64,000 nucleotides of DNA, taken from an uncultured Planctomycetaceae bacterium. Its GTDB lineage: Bacteria > Planctomycetota > Planctomycetia > Pirellulales > Thermoguttaceae. The stretch is from the NCBI GenBank assembly GCA_964615095.1, contig CAZTPX010000008.1, forward strand, positions 57,361 to 121,360, written 5' to 3'. The first letter of the stretch is position 1. Every line of letters starts with the position of its first letter. Of the stretch, positions 7,864 to 17,935 are shown piece by piece. The notes under the pieces were generated by a model. The model saw nothing but the letters and a program-made list of their open reading frames with translations, was not told where the DNA came from and did not search any database. The position numbers were made by a program, and so were the translations under genes.

Positions 7864-9825
7864 ATGCTGCATGCATCTGAGTACCCCCGTTTAGGGCAGG
7901 GTTTCAAAAAGTCTTTCGCGCGCATTAGGCAAGCCGCCGCGAGGTATGGAAACGGAAGATATCCACTTGTCTGCATTGCTTTAATCACATCGGTCTATAT
8001 CTTCGTAAACGGGTCAGCACCAGCCTATGCTGGCAGCGACGAGGTTGCGGCCGTCCAACAGCGTTTAGCGGCGACCGACCGTTACCTGGCTTCGGACGAG
8101 TGTGAGGGTCGCGGACTGGGGAGTAAGGGCATCGATCTGGCGGCCGACTTTATCGTCGCGCAACTCCACGAACTCAATCGCTATGGCGTGAAGACCGACC
8201 TATGGGACGGCGGCCCATTTCAGAAGTTCAGGGTTGGCGTCGACGCGGAACTTGGCCCCAACAATCACCTGACCCTGGTTGGTCCGCCCCAGGAAAAGAA
8301 CGGCCCGGAGCGGAAGATCAAACTGGTGCTGGGCAAGGACTACACCCCTCTGGCAATCAGCGGCAACGGCAAGTTCGACTTTCCCCTGGTCTTTGCCGGA
8401 TACGGAATTACGGCCCGCAAGGCGAACTACGACGATTTTGCCGAGGTGGACGTCGCCGGTAAGGCCGCCATCATGCTCCGCCACCAGCCTCGCGACGAGT
8501 TGGACGACAAGGAATCGGCCCCTATCAAGGAGACCGCCTACACGGCCTTTCGTCACAAGGCATCCAACGCCTATGAGCATGACGCGGCCGCGGCGATCTT
8601 TTGCAGCGACCAGGCGGAGATGCGCCGGCGTCGGGGCAAAGACGACACGTTGCTTCCGTTTCACGTGGCCGGCACCACCTTCACCCACTCCGATTTGCCA
8701 GTGATCACGTGCCGCCGGGCAGTGATCGACGGCATCCTCCACGATCTGGCCGAGCCGAGCATGGGTGAGGGTGAAGACCAGATCGATCGTACGCTCAAGC
8801 CTGCCAGCCGCGACCTCAAGGGCTGGCGCGTTCAAGGCGAGACCGACGTGCGGCACGTGCAGTGTGAAGTGAAGAACATCGCCGCCATACTGCCCGGCCA
8901 GGGGCCGCTGGCCGACGAGGCTATCGTGCTGGGCGCGCATTACGATCACCTCGGTTTTGGTTCGCAAAGCACGTTGCCTTCCAAGCGCGGTCCGATCTAC
9001 CACGGCGCCGACGACAACGCCTCGGGTGTGGCCGTCGTGCTGGAAGTCGCCCGGACCCTGGCACAACGACCGCAGAAACTCCATCGCACGGTGATATTCA
9101 TCCTTTTTACGGGCGAAGAGTGGGGCTTTTGGGGCAGCAGTTATTATGTAAACGATCCGCTCGTGCCCATGAGCAAGACCGCTGCCATGATCAACCTGGA
9201 CATGGTCGGCCGACTCCGCGAGAACGCGCTGACGGTCAACAGCGTGGGCACCGGCACGGGCTTCAGCGTCCTATTGGACCGGGTCAATCGGTCCTACGGC
9301 TTTCACCTCGCCAAGGTCGCCGGCGCATCGGGCCGCAGCGATCAGGCCTCGTTCTACGCCAAGCGCGTGCCCAACATCCACTTCTTCACGGGCAAGCATC
9401 CCGAATATCACCGCCCCACCGACACTTTCCCCTTGGTCAATGTTGCGGGAATGCAGCGGATTGCCGGCTACGTGCTCGACATGACGGTGGCCCTGGCGAA
9501 CGCCCCACAACGCCCGGCCTTCGTGGCTGTGCCCATGCAGCGGAGGGTGGGCGAGATGCTGCGGCCGTTCCTCGGCTGCGTTCCGGATTTCACCCGCGAG
9601 GAGCCGGGTTACCCGATCAGCGCCGTGATTTCCGGCAGTCCGGCCGAGCGCTGCGGTCTGCGGGGCGGCGACGTGATCGTCAAGTTCGGCAAGCACCACA
9701 TCGGCATCTGCGACGATTTCGACGACGCCTTACAGCAGTATGCCGCCGGCGATCGGGTGAAAGTCAGGGTCCGTCGGATGAACTCGACGATGACGTTCGA
9801 AGCCACGCTGGCCCCGCCGGAGTAG
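7864..9825 (+). CDS. M28-family zinc aminopeptidase with PA-like insert and C-terminal PDZ domain
   Basis: HYDHLGFG, IYHGADDNASGVAVVLEVARTL and FTGEEWGFWGS (M28 metal ligands). C-terminal ISAVISGSPAERCGLRGGDVIVKFG (PDZ). N-terminal hydrophobic signal/anchor. Confidence 0.8.
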   Translation: MLHASEYPRLGQGFKKSFARIRQAAARYGNGRYPLVCIALITSVYIFVNGSAPAYAGSDEVAAVQQRLAATDRYLASDECEGRGLGSKGIDLAADFIVAQLHELNRYGVKTDLWDGGPFQKFRVGVDAELGPNNHLTLVGPPQEKNGPERKIKLVLGKDYTPLAISGNGKFDFPLVFAGYGITARKANYDDFAEVDVAGKAAIMLRHQPRDELDDKESAPIKETAYTAFRHKASNAYEHDAAAAIFCSDQAEMRRRRGKDDTLLPFHVAGTTFTHSDLPVITCRRAVIDGILHDLAEPSMGEGEDQIDRTLKPASRDLKGWRVQGETDVRHVQCEVKNIAAILPGQGPLADEAIVLGAHYDHLGFGSQSTLPSKRGPIYHGADDNASGVAVVLEVARTLAQRPQKLHRTVIFILFTGEEWGFWGSSYYVNDPLVPMSKTAAMINLDMVGRLRENALTVNSVGTGTGFSVLLDRVNRSYGFHLAKVAGASGRSDQASFYAKRVPNIHFFTGKHPEYHRPTDTFPLVNVAGMQRIAGYVLDMTVALANAPQRPAFVAVPMQRRVGEMLRPFLGCVPDFTREEPGYPISAVISGSPAERCGLRGGDVIVKFGKHHIGICDDFDDALQQYAAGDRVKVRVRRMNSTMTFEATLAPPE

Positions 9826-9833
9826 CGGTGAGT

Positions 9834-11057
9834 CTACTTGGCCGGCTCGTTTCCGTGCAGCACGCGGGCAGCCGGAGTGGGAAGCGTGGTCGGGGCGTTG
9901 GCTTGATTGTTGAACGCGGCTGGATCGTAGGGATCGATGGCATCCAGCGCAGGTGCGATCGCTTTCGCAGCCGCATTTCTCAGACTGCCCCGGCCGCTGC
10001 CGGACGGTGATGAGCCTGCCGGTTTGGCCGGCGAATCGCGCTCGGAGTTGTTGCTTTCCGCAGATTCAATAGCCGATTTGCCATTGCCACGTTTGGAGGA
10101 AGGAAGATAGGGTATCCGCGGCGTGCGCGGAATTCCGGCTGAGCCGGCAGTCGGTGATCCGCCAGCCAAGTCGGCGAACGACACATTCTCGATGCTGTTG
10201 GCCGGTTCCTCGATGGGCATGGGCCTTTGCGCCACTTGGTACACCCATTGTGCCAGTTTCTCGTACTGCATCGAATGCCTGACAGGAAAACTGCCCACGG
10301 CTCCCGCCGCCGCCATTCCAACGGAGGCCTTCAACAAGGGGCTTTCGCCAGGATTGTTCCAGTCAATGCACTGGAGTACTGCGTAAAGGTTCCGTTGCGT
10401 GATCCGTCGGCTCGGTTTCTCGCCCAGCGGCGGCCGCATCAGTTGCAGACGCTTCTGGCCGGGAAGCACGTATCCGATAGCTCCCGGACAGTGATTCAGC
10501 AGGATCGGCTCGACAACCTGCACGAACGACTCGACGGTGCCCGCCGGCATGTCGCGGGTCATTTGATCGAGTTGCGGGTCGCTGGGTACCGCAGGAGTAT
10601 TTTGCGGCAGGCGGCGGGGTTCCGTTTTTTGTTGTGTTTCAACTTTCAAACGGCGTCGCAACACGGAGATCATCGGGTGCTGCCGGTCAAGTGCCTCGGC
10701 CGCCGTCAACTCCTCGCCGGCACAATCCAACAGGCCATGCCGCTCGCACCACAGGCAGAGTTGCACGTGTTGTTCGATATCGTTGGCTTGTATGGCCGCT
10801 TTCTTTTGCCGATAACCGTCGCGCAAGTCATGGCAAAGGAATTCAACGCTGGCCACGCGGACTTGTGTCTCTTCACCGGGTGATGTCACGGTGTAATAAT
10901 CACCATTATGCTCGATGTGTCCCTGGAGAATATTTCCGTTGCGCAGCAATAAGACGCCTGACCCGTCGCCTGATGGGTGGGGCGGTAATTCAGCCCCTTT
11001 TGCTACGCAGGCCGCAGCCAAGATAACGCCCAATAATAAAAATATTTTTCCGGACAT
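9834..11057 (-). CDS. hypothetical secreted protein
   Basis: Track ORF 9834..11171. The in-frame ATG at 11057 gives the signal peptide MSGKIFLLLGVILAAACVAKG. No recognisable domain. Ser/Pro/Ala-rich C-terminus. Confidence 0.55.
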   Translation of the reverse strand: MSGKIFLLLGVILAAACVAKGAELPPHPSGDGSGVLLLRNGNILQGHIEHNGDYYTVTSPGEETQVRVASVEFLCHDLRDGYRQKKAAIQANDIEQHVQLCLWCERHGLLDCAGEELTAAEALDRQHPMISVLRRRLKVETQQKTEPRRLPQNTPAVPSDPQLDQMTRDMPAGTVESFVQVVEPILLNHCPGAIGYVLPGQKRLQLMRPPLGEKPSRRITQRNLYAVLQCIDWNNPGESPLLKASVGMAAAGAVGSFPVRHSMQYEKLAQWVYQVAQRPMPIEEPANSIENVSFADLAGGSPTAGSAGIPRTPRIPYLPSSKRGNGKSAIESAESNNSERDSPAKPAGSSPSGSGRGSLRNAAAKAIAPALDAIDPYDPAAFNNQANAPTTLPTPAARVLHGNEPAK

Positions 11058-11248
11058 AGTAGGGCACACAGTACGAAATGGGCTCCCGGGCGTCAAGAGA
11101 GATTTGCCAGCGCAGAGGCTGTCCGAGAGGTCTCCCCTCTCCTTCTGGGAGGGGACGTGTTGCGGAAACATGTGGATAGCCTCCTGTTGTGCCGCCGCTG
11201 GCCGGTTGGGCGGGCAGGCATTATACTAGAGCTTTGGAGAAACCGCAG

Positions 11249-11536
11249 ATGGAACGGCAAGAGGAGGCCCAGCGGCGCGAGGTTTGCTACTCGGGAAGGG
11301 TTCAAGGCGTCGGATTCCGCTATACGGCCCGCTCCATCGCCCGCGGGTTCGCGGTCACCGGATACGTCAAGAATCTCTCCGACGGCCGCGTCCAACTGGT
11401 GGTTGAAGGTCGGCCGGAGGAGATTCGCGGGTTGCTTGGCGAGATCCAAAGCGAGATGGGCCACTACATTCGCGATGTGCAGGAAACTTCGTCGCGGGCA
11501 ACCGGAGGTTTTTCAGGTTTCGATGTGCGGTTTTGA
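11249..11536 (+). CDS. acyP: acylphosphatase
   Basis: The in-frame ATG at 11249 gives MERQEEAQRREVCYSGRVQGVGFRYTARSIARGFAVTGYVKNLSDGRVQLVVEG, the classic acylphosphatase signature (V.G.VQGVGFR ... G.V.N..DG.V). Confidence 0.85.
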   Translation: MERQEEAQRREVCYSGRVQGVGFRYTARSIARGFAVTGYVKNLSDGRVQLVVEGRPEEIRGLLGEIQSEMGHYIRDVQETSSRATGGFSGFDVRF

Positions 11537-11551
11537 TAGGAAGCAATAATC

Positions 11552-12508
11552 ATGTCAGGCATCTCGCTGCCCCTCGCATTTTTCGATTTCGTCAATGCGC
11601 CCGCATGGGTCAAACCGTTTTGGCAAATCGGTTGGGGCGCTATCGCCGCCGCCACGGTTCTCGGCGTGTTGTTTGCCTTGTTGCGGGCCGTATTTCCCAA
11701 GGTTGCCGCCATCGCCTGGACCACAGGTAAAGAGGCCATACTGCAACCGCTTTTCTATATCCTCCTCTTCGGTGGGGTTGCTCTGTTGGTCCTTTCCCTT
11801 TTCCTGCCCTACTTCACGTTTGGCGAGGACACCAAGGTGGTGGAAGAAAACGGCCTGACGCTGGTGATGTTGCTGTCGATCGTTCTGGCTCTCTGGACGG
11901 CAAGCGTTTCCTTGGCCGACGAAATCGAAGGCCGAACGGCACTTACCGTGCTTTGCAAACCGATCAGCCGCCGCGATTTTGTATTGGGAAAATTCCTCGG
12001 CATCCTCGGGCCGGTGGCGATGCTGTTCATCGTCCTAGGGGCCTTCTTCTTGGCCAGCGTATCCTACAAGGTGTCGTACGACGCCCGCGAAACTTCCCAG
12101 CCGGAGCCGAATTCGCAGCAGTGCCTGGATGAGGTCCAGCGGATCGCTCCCGGCCTGCTCCTGGCCTTCCTGGAAACTACCGTGATGGTCTCCATCAGCG
12201 TGGCCATTTCCACGCGTTTGGGAATGTTGCCGAACCTGGTGATCTGCCTTTCGATTTACGTTCTGGGGCATCTTGTGCCCATGCTTGCCAAGTCGGCCAT
12301 GGGGCAGATCGCCATCGTCGCCTTCCTCGCCAATCTCCTGGCAGCCATCTTGCCGGTGTTGGACCACTTCAACATCTATGGACCAATTGCCACGGGAGAG
12401 AGTGTGCCCTTAGTCTATCTCGGTCTGGCTGCCGTTTATTGCCTGGTCTATAGTTCCCTGGCGATGTTGGCTGCCCTGCTGCTGTTCGAAGACCGCGACT
12501 TGGCTTAA
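11552..12508 (+). CDS. polytopic membrane protein, ABC-2/NosY-like permease family
   Basis: Multiple hydrophobic segments. The motif ADEIEGRTALTVLCKPISRRDFVLGKFLG resembles ABC-2 permeases. No adjacent ATPase gene. Confidence 0.45.
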   Translation: MSGISLPLAFFDFVNAPAWVKPFWQIGWGAIAAATVLGVLFALLRAVFPKVAAIAWTTGKEAILQPLFYILLFGGVALLVLSLFLPYFTFGEDTKVVEENGLTLVMLLSIVLALWTASVSLADEIEGRTALTVLCKPISRRDFVLGKFLGILGPVAMLFIVLGAFFLASVSYKVSYDARETSQPEPNSQQCLDEVQRIAPGLLLAFLETTVMVSISVAISTRLGMLPNLVICLSIYVLGHLVPMLAKSAMGQIAIVAFLANLLAAILPVLDHFNIYGPIATGESVPLVYLGLAAVYCLVYSSLAMLAALLLFEDRDLA

Positions 12509-13713
12509 TCCTCGCTTTCCGGTGCCTCGACGCGTTCTTCGCCCACGGCATCGCGGAGCTTCGCCATGGCCCGGGCTTCGAGCTGGCGAATCCGTTCCTT
12601 GGTCACGCCCATCACGCGGCCCACTTCTTTCAAGGTCATGGCGTTTTGCGTGCGGTCCAAGCCGAAACGATGCTGGATGATCTGCCGCTCGCGCTCGTCG
12701 AGATGATCGAGGATTCGCGAAACTTCCATCTTCCGCTCCGACTGGGCCGACTCGCGCCGGGCCGAATCGGGACGGATGTCCTCGATCCCCAACAATCGCT
12801 CGTCGCCGCCGGTACGGAAGCGGGCCTGCTGCCGTAGTTCCGAGGGGATCGTGCGGGCAAAATTCTTGATGATGGCCCAGGTGGCATAAGTGCTGAAGCG
12901 AAAGCCGCGGGCAAAATCGAACTTTTCCGCTGCCCGAATCAACGACATGTTGCCATCGCTGATCAACTCGAAAAGGTGCCCCGGGCCGCTGGCATAGCGC
13001 TTGGCAATGGACACGACCAGTCGCAGGTTGGCCCGTACAATGTCGTTCTTGATCGCGGCCGCGTCTTTTGCGTACCTCTCGATCAATTCCATCATTGTCA
13101 AGCTGGGCCGGCGAAGGTCCACGCGGTTCCGCAACTCGCTCGCCTTGTGCTTCAGGTAATTCATTTTGCGGAACAGGTGCTGTTCCTGCTCTCGCGTCAA
13201 CAAGGGAGTCTCATACATGCTTGCCAGGTACGGAGGCAAGCCGGTTGGCCGCGGAACCCGCTTGACCGGCTGGTGATTCTCGGGCATTGGGCTCAAGATC
13301 AGGCGTTCGTGCGCGGCGGAAGTGCGGCCAAAACGTTCGTTGGGAATGTAGTCCAATTCCAGTTGCTGGACCTGTTTCAGGAGTTGCTGCGCGAAAACGC
13401 GAGATATCCGTCCCCGGTTCGAGTGAAAGCGCTGGGCCAACTGTGCCAATGTCTCGCCGTTGCTGCGCCGCTGGAAGATTTCTTCTCGCACCGCTTCATC
13501 GTGGGTGCGGTCTTCCTCCGTCAAAACGGCATGCGCATGGCGCGAATGATTTCCGCTATCCGACCAACGGTTGCAGGCGCTTCGCCGCGATTCAGAAACG
13601 GAACCTTTTCGCTGGTCGTGGCAGGGATTGGCCGAGGCCTGCCCGCGAGACCGCTCAGTACCAGTGGTTGATGTTTCTCGCCGCGCAAATCTTGCTGTGT
13701 TGGAGTTATTCAT
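12505..13713 (-). CDS. sigma-70 family RNA polymerase sigma factor (RpoD-like regions 2-4 with N-terminal extension)
   Basis: IVRANLRLVVSIAKRYASGPGHLFELISDGNMSLIRAAEKFDFARGFRFSTYATWAIIKNF (region 2). TLKEVGRVMGVTKERIRQLEARAMAKLR (region 4.2). Confidence 0.85.
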   Translation of the reverse strand: MNNSNTARFARRETSTTGTERSRGQASANPCHDQRKGSVSESRRSACNRWSDSGNHSRHAHAVLTEEDRTHDEAVREEIFQRRSNGETLAQLAQRFHSNRGRISRVFAQQLLKQVQQLELDYIPNERFGRTSAAHERLILSPMPENHQPVKRVPRPTGLPPYLASMYETPLLTREQEQHLFRKMNYLKHKASELRNRVDLRRPSLTMMELIERYAKDAAAIKNDIVRANLRLVVSIAKRYASGPGHLFELISDGNMSLIRAAEKFDFARGFRFSTYATWAIIKNFARTIPSELRQQARFRTGGDERLLGIEDIRPDSARRESAQSERKMEVSRILDHLDERERQIIQHRFGLDRTQNAMTLKEVGRVMGVTKERIRQLEARAMAKLRDAVGEERVEAPESED

Positions 13714-14367
13714 TGTTCTTTACCGCCGTTACGTCAAATGCATTCCTGGCATCCCTGATTGGCAAAGACGCTGCATTTCACTCGAATATGTTTCTCTAGG
13801 TTATGGACGAATTCCTTGGTGAAAAAATACGGTCACAAACTACTACGCCACGGCCCCAGTCCGGCCGCGTGCTTCATTCCTGCCAGGCGCCGCACCGCCA
13901 GACTTCTCCATTTTAGACAAAAGCAGCTTTCAAAAATCAAGCCCTGAACTGAATATTTTGTGGCTGTCTGGCGTTTTTTGGGAGTGGTTCGCAAGTTATT
14001 GCAGCGCAATGAGTTGACACAAGACCATTTTTGCCTGTCCGTGCGGGAATGCCGGCCGCGTGGAATTCTCATCAATCGCAGTATGGTGGACACTTAAGTT
14101 CTTGGGACGGTTCGCCGACAATTGTTCGCCGGCCATCAAACCGGTCTTGGCGACGTGGAAATCACCACCTTTCCGTCGCAGGGCCGAGCCAATCGCAGCA
14201 AGTGCTTGTGAGGCAAGCATTATCTGCATCGCTTTTGTGCATCGATCGCGGTAACAAGCGGCAATTCCCGATTTGTCCGGCACATGCTCGCTCGGGTTAC
14301 TTCCTGGTGATCCGCCACTTCTTCTTCCGGCCAGCTACAAATAAAGCCTTGATTTTCCCGAAGAGTG

Positions 14368-14383
14368 TGGCAAAAAATTGGCA
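14368..14383 (+). promoter_or_regulatory. candidate sigma-54 promoter (TGGCAAAAAATTGGCA)
   Basis: GG-N10-GC spacing is correct. One mismatch in the -12 TTGC element and two in the -24 element. Lies 155 nt upstream of the GAF/sigma-54 activator gene, followed by inverted repeat ggcaaac-N6-gtttgcc. Confidence 0.3.
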
Positions 14384-14537
14384 AACCAGGTTGTTTGCCG
14401 GCCTTTTGGCCAGCTCTTCCTGGTCGCCGCTTTGAAAAATAGCCTTCCCGGGCGGCAAAGAGGGCGCAGTTTTTGCTACACAGGAGGCTACGGGATATCC
14501 TCACCAACTGCACTAAGGAAAACGGGCAATCGCTACG

Positions 14538-16103
14538 ATGGCTATAGCCCCAGATCAATTGATAGTAACCCACTCACACGGGGAGGGCCTTCGGGTCCTA
14601 GCCGAGATCGCGCGACTCTTGGCGACGCAACACGGCCAACGGCAGATGCTCACGGAAGTGCTGAAACTGCTGGAAGACCGATTGGCGTTGATCCGCGGAA
14701 CGGTAATGTTGCTTTCACCCGACGGAAGCGAGTTGATCATTGCCGCTGCGCCCGGCATACCGGGGCATACGCAAGGGCAATATCGTTATCGTTTTGGCGA
14801 GGGAATCATCGGCCAAGTTGTCCAGACCGGGCAGCCGGCCATCGTGCCTCAAGTCTTTGACGAGCCGCGGTTTACGAACCGACTCTACCAGCGGCAACCG
14901 GAGACCGATGCCGACATGGCCTTTCTATGCGTTCCCATCGTCTTGGGTAGCGAGGTTGTGGGAACGTTGTCGGCCGACGTGGCCGTGGACGATACGGAGC
15001 AACTCCAGGAGCGCTGCGGGTTTCTGGAAATTGTAGCCAGCATGGTCTCCTATGACGTCAAGTCTCGCCGCGTGGAGGAATTGCAGCGGCAGACGCTGGA
15101 GTCGGAAAATCTGCGGCTCCGCGACGCCCTCAAAGAGCGATTTCGGCCGGAAAACATCATCGGCAATTCGCACCGCATGCGCGAAGTGTATCTGCGGATC
15201 CACCAGGTGGCCTCGACCAGTACGACAGTGCTTATCCGCGGCGAATCGGGAACCGGCAAGGAGTTGGTGGCCTCGGCCGTCCACTACAACAGCCTGCGGG
15301 CGCAGAAGCCCTTTGTGAAAGTCAACTGCGCGGCGCTCAGCGAAGGCCTCTTGGAGAGCGAACTATTCGGGCACGAAAAGGGGGCTTTCACGGGGGCACT
15401 TTTTAGCCGCGTCGGTCGTATCGAGGAGGCTGAAGGCGGGACGCTGTTCCTGGACGAGATTGGCGACTTCTCGCCCGCGATCCAGGTCAAGTTGCTTCGC
15501 GTGCTCCAGGAGCGGGAGTACGAGCGGGTAGGCAGTAACCGCACGAACAAGGCCAACGTTCGCATCGTTGCCGCCACGAATCGAGACCTGGAAAACGCCG
15601 TTGAGGCCGGTTTGTTCCGTCAGGATCTTTATTATCGAGTCAACGTATTTCCCATCATCCTGCCGCCACTGCGAGAGCGGAAAGACGACATCCTTCTTTT
15701 GGCCGATCATTTCGTCGCCAAGTATGCGCAGAGACTGGGGAAAGACGTGCGGCGGATCAGCACGCAAGCCATCAACATGATGGCGGCCTATCACTGGCCA
15801 GGGAACGTCCGCGAGTTGGAGAACTGTATCGAATATGCGGTTTTGCTCAGCCGAGACTCCGTAATTCATGGCCACAATCTGCCGCCAACATTGCAAATGC
15901 CCGACGCTGACGACAGCACCCAAGTCGATTCCTTGCGACACCGCGTAGCCGTTTTGGAAAAGGACATGATTGTGGACGCTCTAAAGTCTTGCCACGGGAG
16001 CATTAACGCTGCCGCTCGACGACTTGGGATTACCCCACGGATGGTCAGATACAAGATCAAGAAATTGCGGATCGACTATCAGCAGTTCATTCGCAAAGAG
16101 TGA
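14538..16103 (+). CDS. sigma-54-dependent transcriptional activator with N-terminal GAF domain (NifA-like architecture)
   Basis: [15 protein letters not shown] (Walker A), [15 protein letters not shown] (GAFTGA loop), C-terminal Fis-type HTH ([22 protein letters not shown]). N-terminal ~170 aa is GAF-like. Confidence 0.85.
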   Translation: MAIAPDQLIVTHSHGEGLRVLAEIARLLATQHGQRQMLTEVLKLLEDRLALIRGTVMLLSPDGSELIIAAAPGIPGHTQGQYRYRFGEGIIGQVVQTGQPAIVPQVFDEPRFTNRLYQRQPETDADMAFLCVPIVLGSEVVGTLSADVAVDDTEQLQERCGFLEIVASMVSYDVKSRRVEELQRQTLESENLRLRDALKERFRPENIIGNSHRMREVYLRIHQVASTSTTVLIRGESGTGKELVASAVHYNSLRAQKPFVKVNCAALSEGLLESELFGHEKGAFTGALFSRVGRIEEAEGGTLFLDEIGDFSPAIQVKLLRVLQEREYERVGSNRTNKANVRIVAATNRDLENAVEAGLFRQDLYYRVNVFPIILPPLRERKDDILLLADHFVAKYAQRLGKDVRRISTQAINMMAAYHWPGNVRELENCIEYAVLLSRDSVIHGHNLPPTLQMPDADDSTQVDSLRHRVAVLEKDMIVDALKSCHGSINAAARRLGITPRMVRYKIKKLRIDYQQFIRKE

Positions 16104-16183
16104 TCTCATACTTTGGGGGCAGATTCTCCTTGTGTGCGCAAGTTTGTTGACCTACATTTTCGTAGTATCAACGGATTCGAGCC

Positions 16184-17701
16184 ATGCAATACGAGCCTGC
16201 TCCCCCCGAAAACGATCTGCGCCGCCAGAATCTTCGCGCGCAATTGGCGGCCATCTTGCAGGTCGATGCCGGGGAAGGCGAAGTCCTCAACAATTGGGGA
16301 AGCGATCCGTCGGCCGCATCTTTCCACTCGGCAATTCCCGCCGAAGGCGGGTTGCCAGTGAGCGACGACCTTCCCTTCATCCCGCCTGGCGCGGCGCCGA
16401 ATGACGCCGTCCATGAATCTGCGTCGGACCCGGTTCGCGGCGACAGTGGATTCGTGCCGTTGGCCCCCAGCGAGTTCTCCGCTCTGCGCGTTGCCGAGGC
16501 GGAAGTCGAGTCGCTGGTCCTCAAGCACCTATTGAATCGCCAGGACGCCAGTGGCCGGGAACTTGCGGAAGAGATCGGCATCTCGTTCTGTATCTGCGAG
16601 AAGTTGCTCCACGCCATGAAAACGGACCGCCTGATCGTTTTCAAGGCCGCCGACCATCTGGGAGATTACGTTTACGAATTGACCGAGTCCGGCTCGCAGC
16701 GCGGCCGGAAGTTTGCCCAATCCTCGGGGTACTTCGGTACGGCTCCGGTCTGTCTGGAAGATTACGCCGCCAGTGTTGCGGCACAGTCGTTGCAGAACCG
16801 TCAACCTGGTGTAGACGACCTCCGCCGCGCGTTTGCCGACCTGATACTTAGCGAAGACATCTTTGCCCGCTTGGGACGGGCCATTATTTCCGGCAAGGGA
16901 TTGTTCCTGTACGGTCCGCCCGGCAACGGCAAGACGAGCATCGCCGAGCGTGTCACGCGGGCTTATGGAGAGAGTATCTGGATACCTCGAGCGATCAGCG
17001 CTTGGGGTGAGGTCATGCGCGTCTTCGACCCAAGTTGTCACCAAGAGTTGCCGGTTCCCAAGGGGCAGGGCATCGACGACGAGAAGATCGATCATCGCTG
17101 GGTCCGCATCCGTCGTCCCACGATCGTCGTGGGCGGAGAACTGCTGCTGGAGAACCTGGAGATTACGGCCGATCCGCGGACGGGTGTCGCCGAATCGCCG
17201 TTGCAACTGAAAAGCAACTGCGGCACGCTGGTTATCGACGACTTTGGCCGGCAGCAAGTCGCCCCGGCGGCGTTGCTCAATCGTTGGATCGTGCCGCTGG
17301 AAAAACGCTACGATTTCCTCAATCTCAGCAGTGGTCGGAAGATCCAGGTGCCATTCGACCAGTTCATTGTCTTTTCCACGAATATCGAGCCGCGCGACCT
17401 AGTCGACGAGGCGTTCCTACGGCGCATTCCCTACAAGATCGACGTCAGCGACCCCAGCGAAGAGCAATTCCGCGACCTGTTTCTGAATCTGGCCGCGTCG
17501 ATGGAAATCGAACCTTACCGACAACCGCTGGATTACCTAATCCAAAAGTACTATCGACAAACCGGGCGGCCGATGAGATTCTGCCACCCGCGCGATCTGC
17601 TCCGGCAGGTCAAAGTCTACTACGACTGCCTGGATCAACCGGCCCGACTGACGGTCGAGGCCCTCGATTCAGCCGCAATGGATTACTTCTCGGTCTTATG
17701 A
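16184..17701 (+). CDS. AAA+ ATPase with N-terminal winged-helix-like domain
   Basis: Walker A LFLYGPPGNGKTSIAE, Walker B TLVIDDFGRQ, arginine-finger region FLRRIPYKI. The N-terminal segment ESLVLKHLLNRQDASGRELAEEIGISFCICEKLLHAMKTDRLIVF looks like a MarR-type wHTH. Subfamily not recognised. Confidence 0.6.
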   Translation: MQYEPAPPENDLRRQNLRAQLAAILQVDAGEGEVLNNWGSDPSAASFHSAIPAEGGLPVSDDLPFIPPGAAPNDAVHESASDPVRGDSGFVPLAPSEFSALRVAEAEVESLVLKHLLNRQDASGRELAEEIGISFCICEKLLHAMKTDRLIVFKAADHLGDYVYELTESGSQRGRKFAQSSGYFGTAPVCLEDYAASVAAQSLQNRQPGVDDLRRAFADLILSEDIFARLGRAIISGKGLFLYGPPGNGKTSIAERVTRAYGESIWIPRAISAWGEVMRVFDPSCHQELPVPKGQGIDDEKIDHRWVRIRRPTIVVGGELLLENLEITADPRTGVAESPLQLKSNCGTLVIDDFGRQQVAPAALLNRWIVPLEKRYDFLNLSSGRKIQVPFDQFIVFSTNIEPRDLVDEAFLRRIPYKIDVSDPSEEQFRDLFLNLAASMEIEPYRQPLDYLIQKYYRQTGRPMRFCHPRDLLRQVKVYYDCLDQPARLTVEALDSAAMDYFSVL

Positions 17702-17935
17702 AGACTGCCTAGTCTTCCTCCCTTCTGTAATAAACTCCAAATAATTAGGCGTTTTTCCTAGCAATTCGCCTTGATTGGGGGCGACGGTTTGGGTATTTTT
17801 CGCCGTCCGTATATTTGTCTCATCAAAGAATGTCTGCGCGTCTCTTCTAGCAACCGCTACCACTACCGAATGGGCCACTGCCGTTGTCGTCGGATGTTCG
17901 CAACTGCGGCGTGTGCTCTGCGGGAAAGGGCCTAC

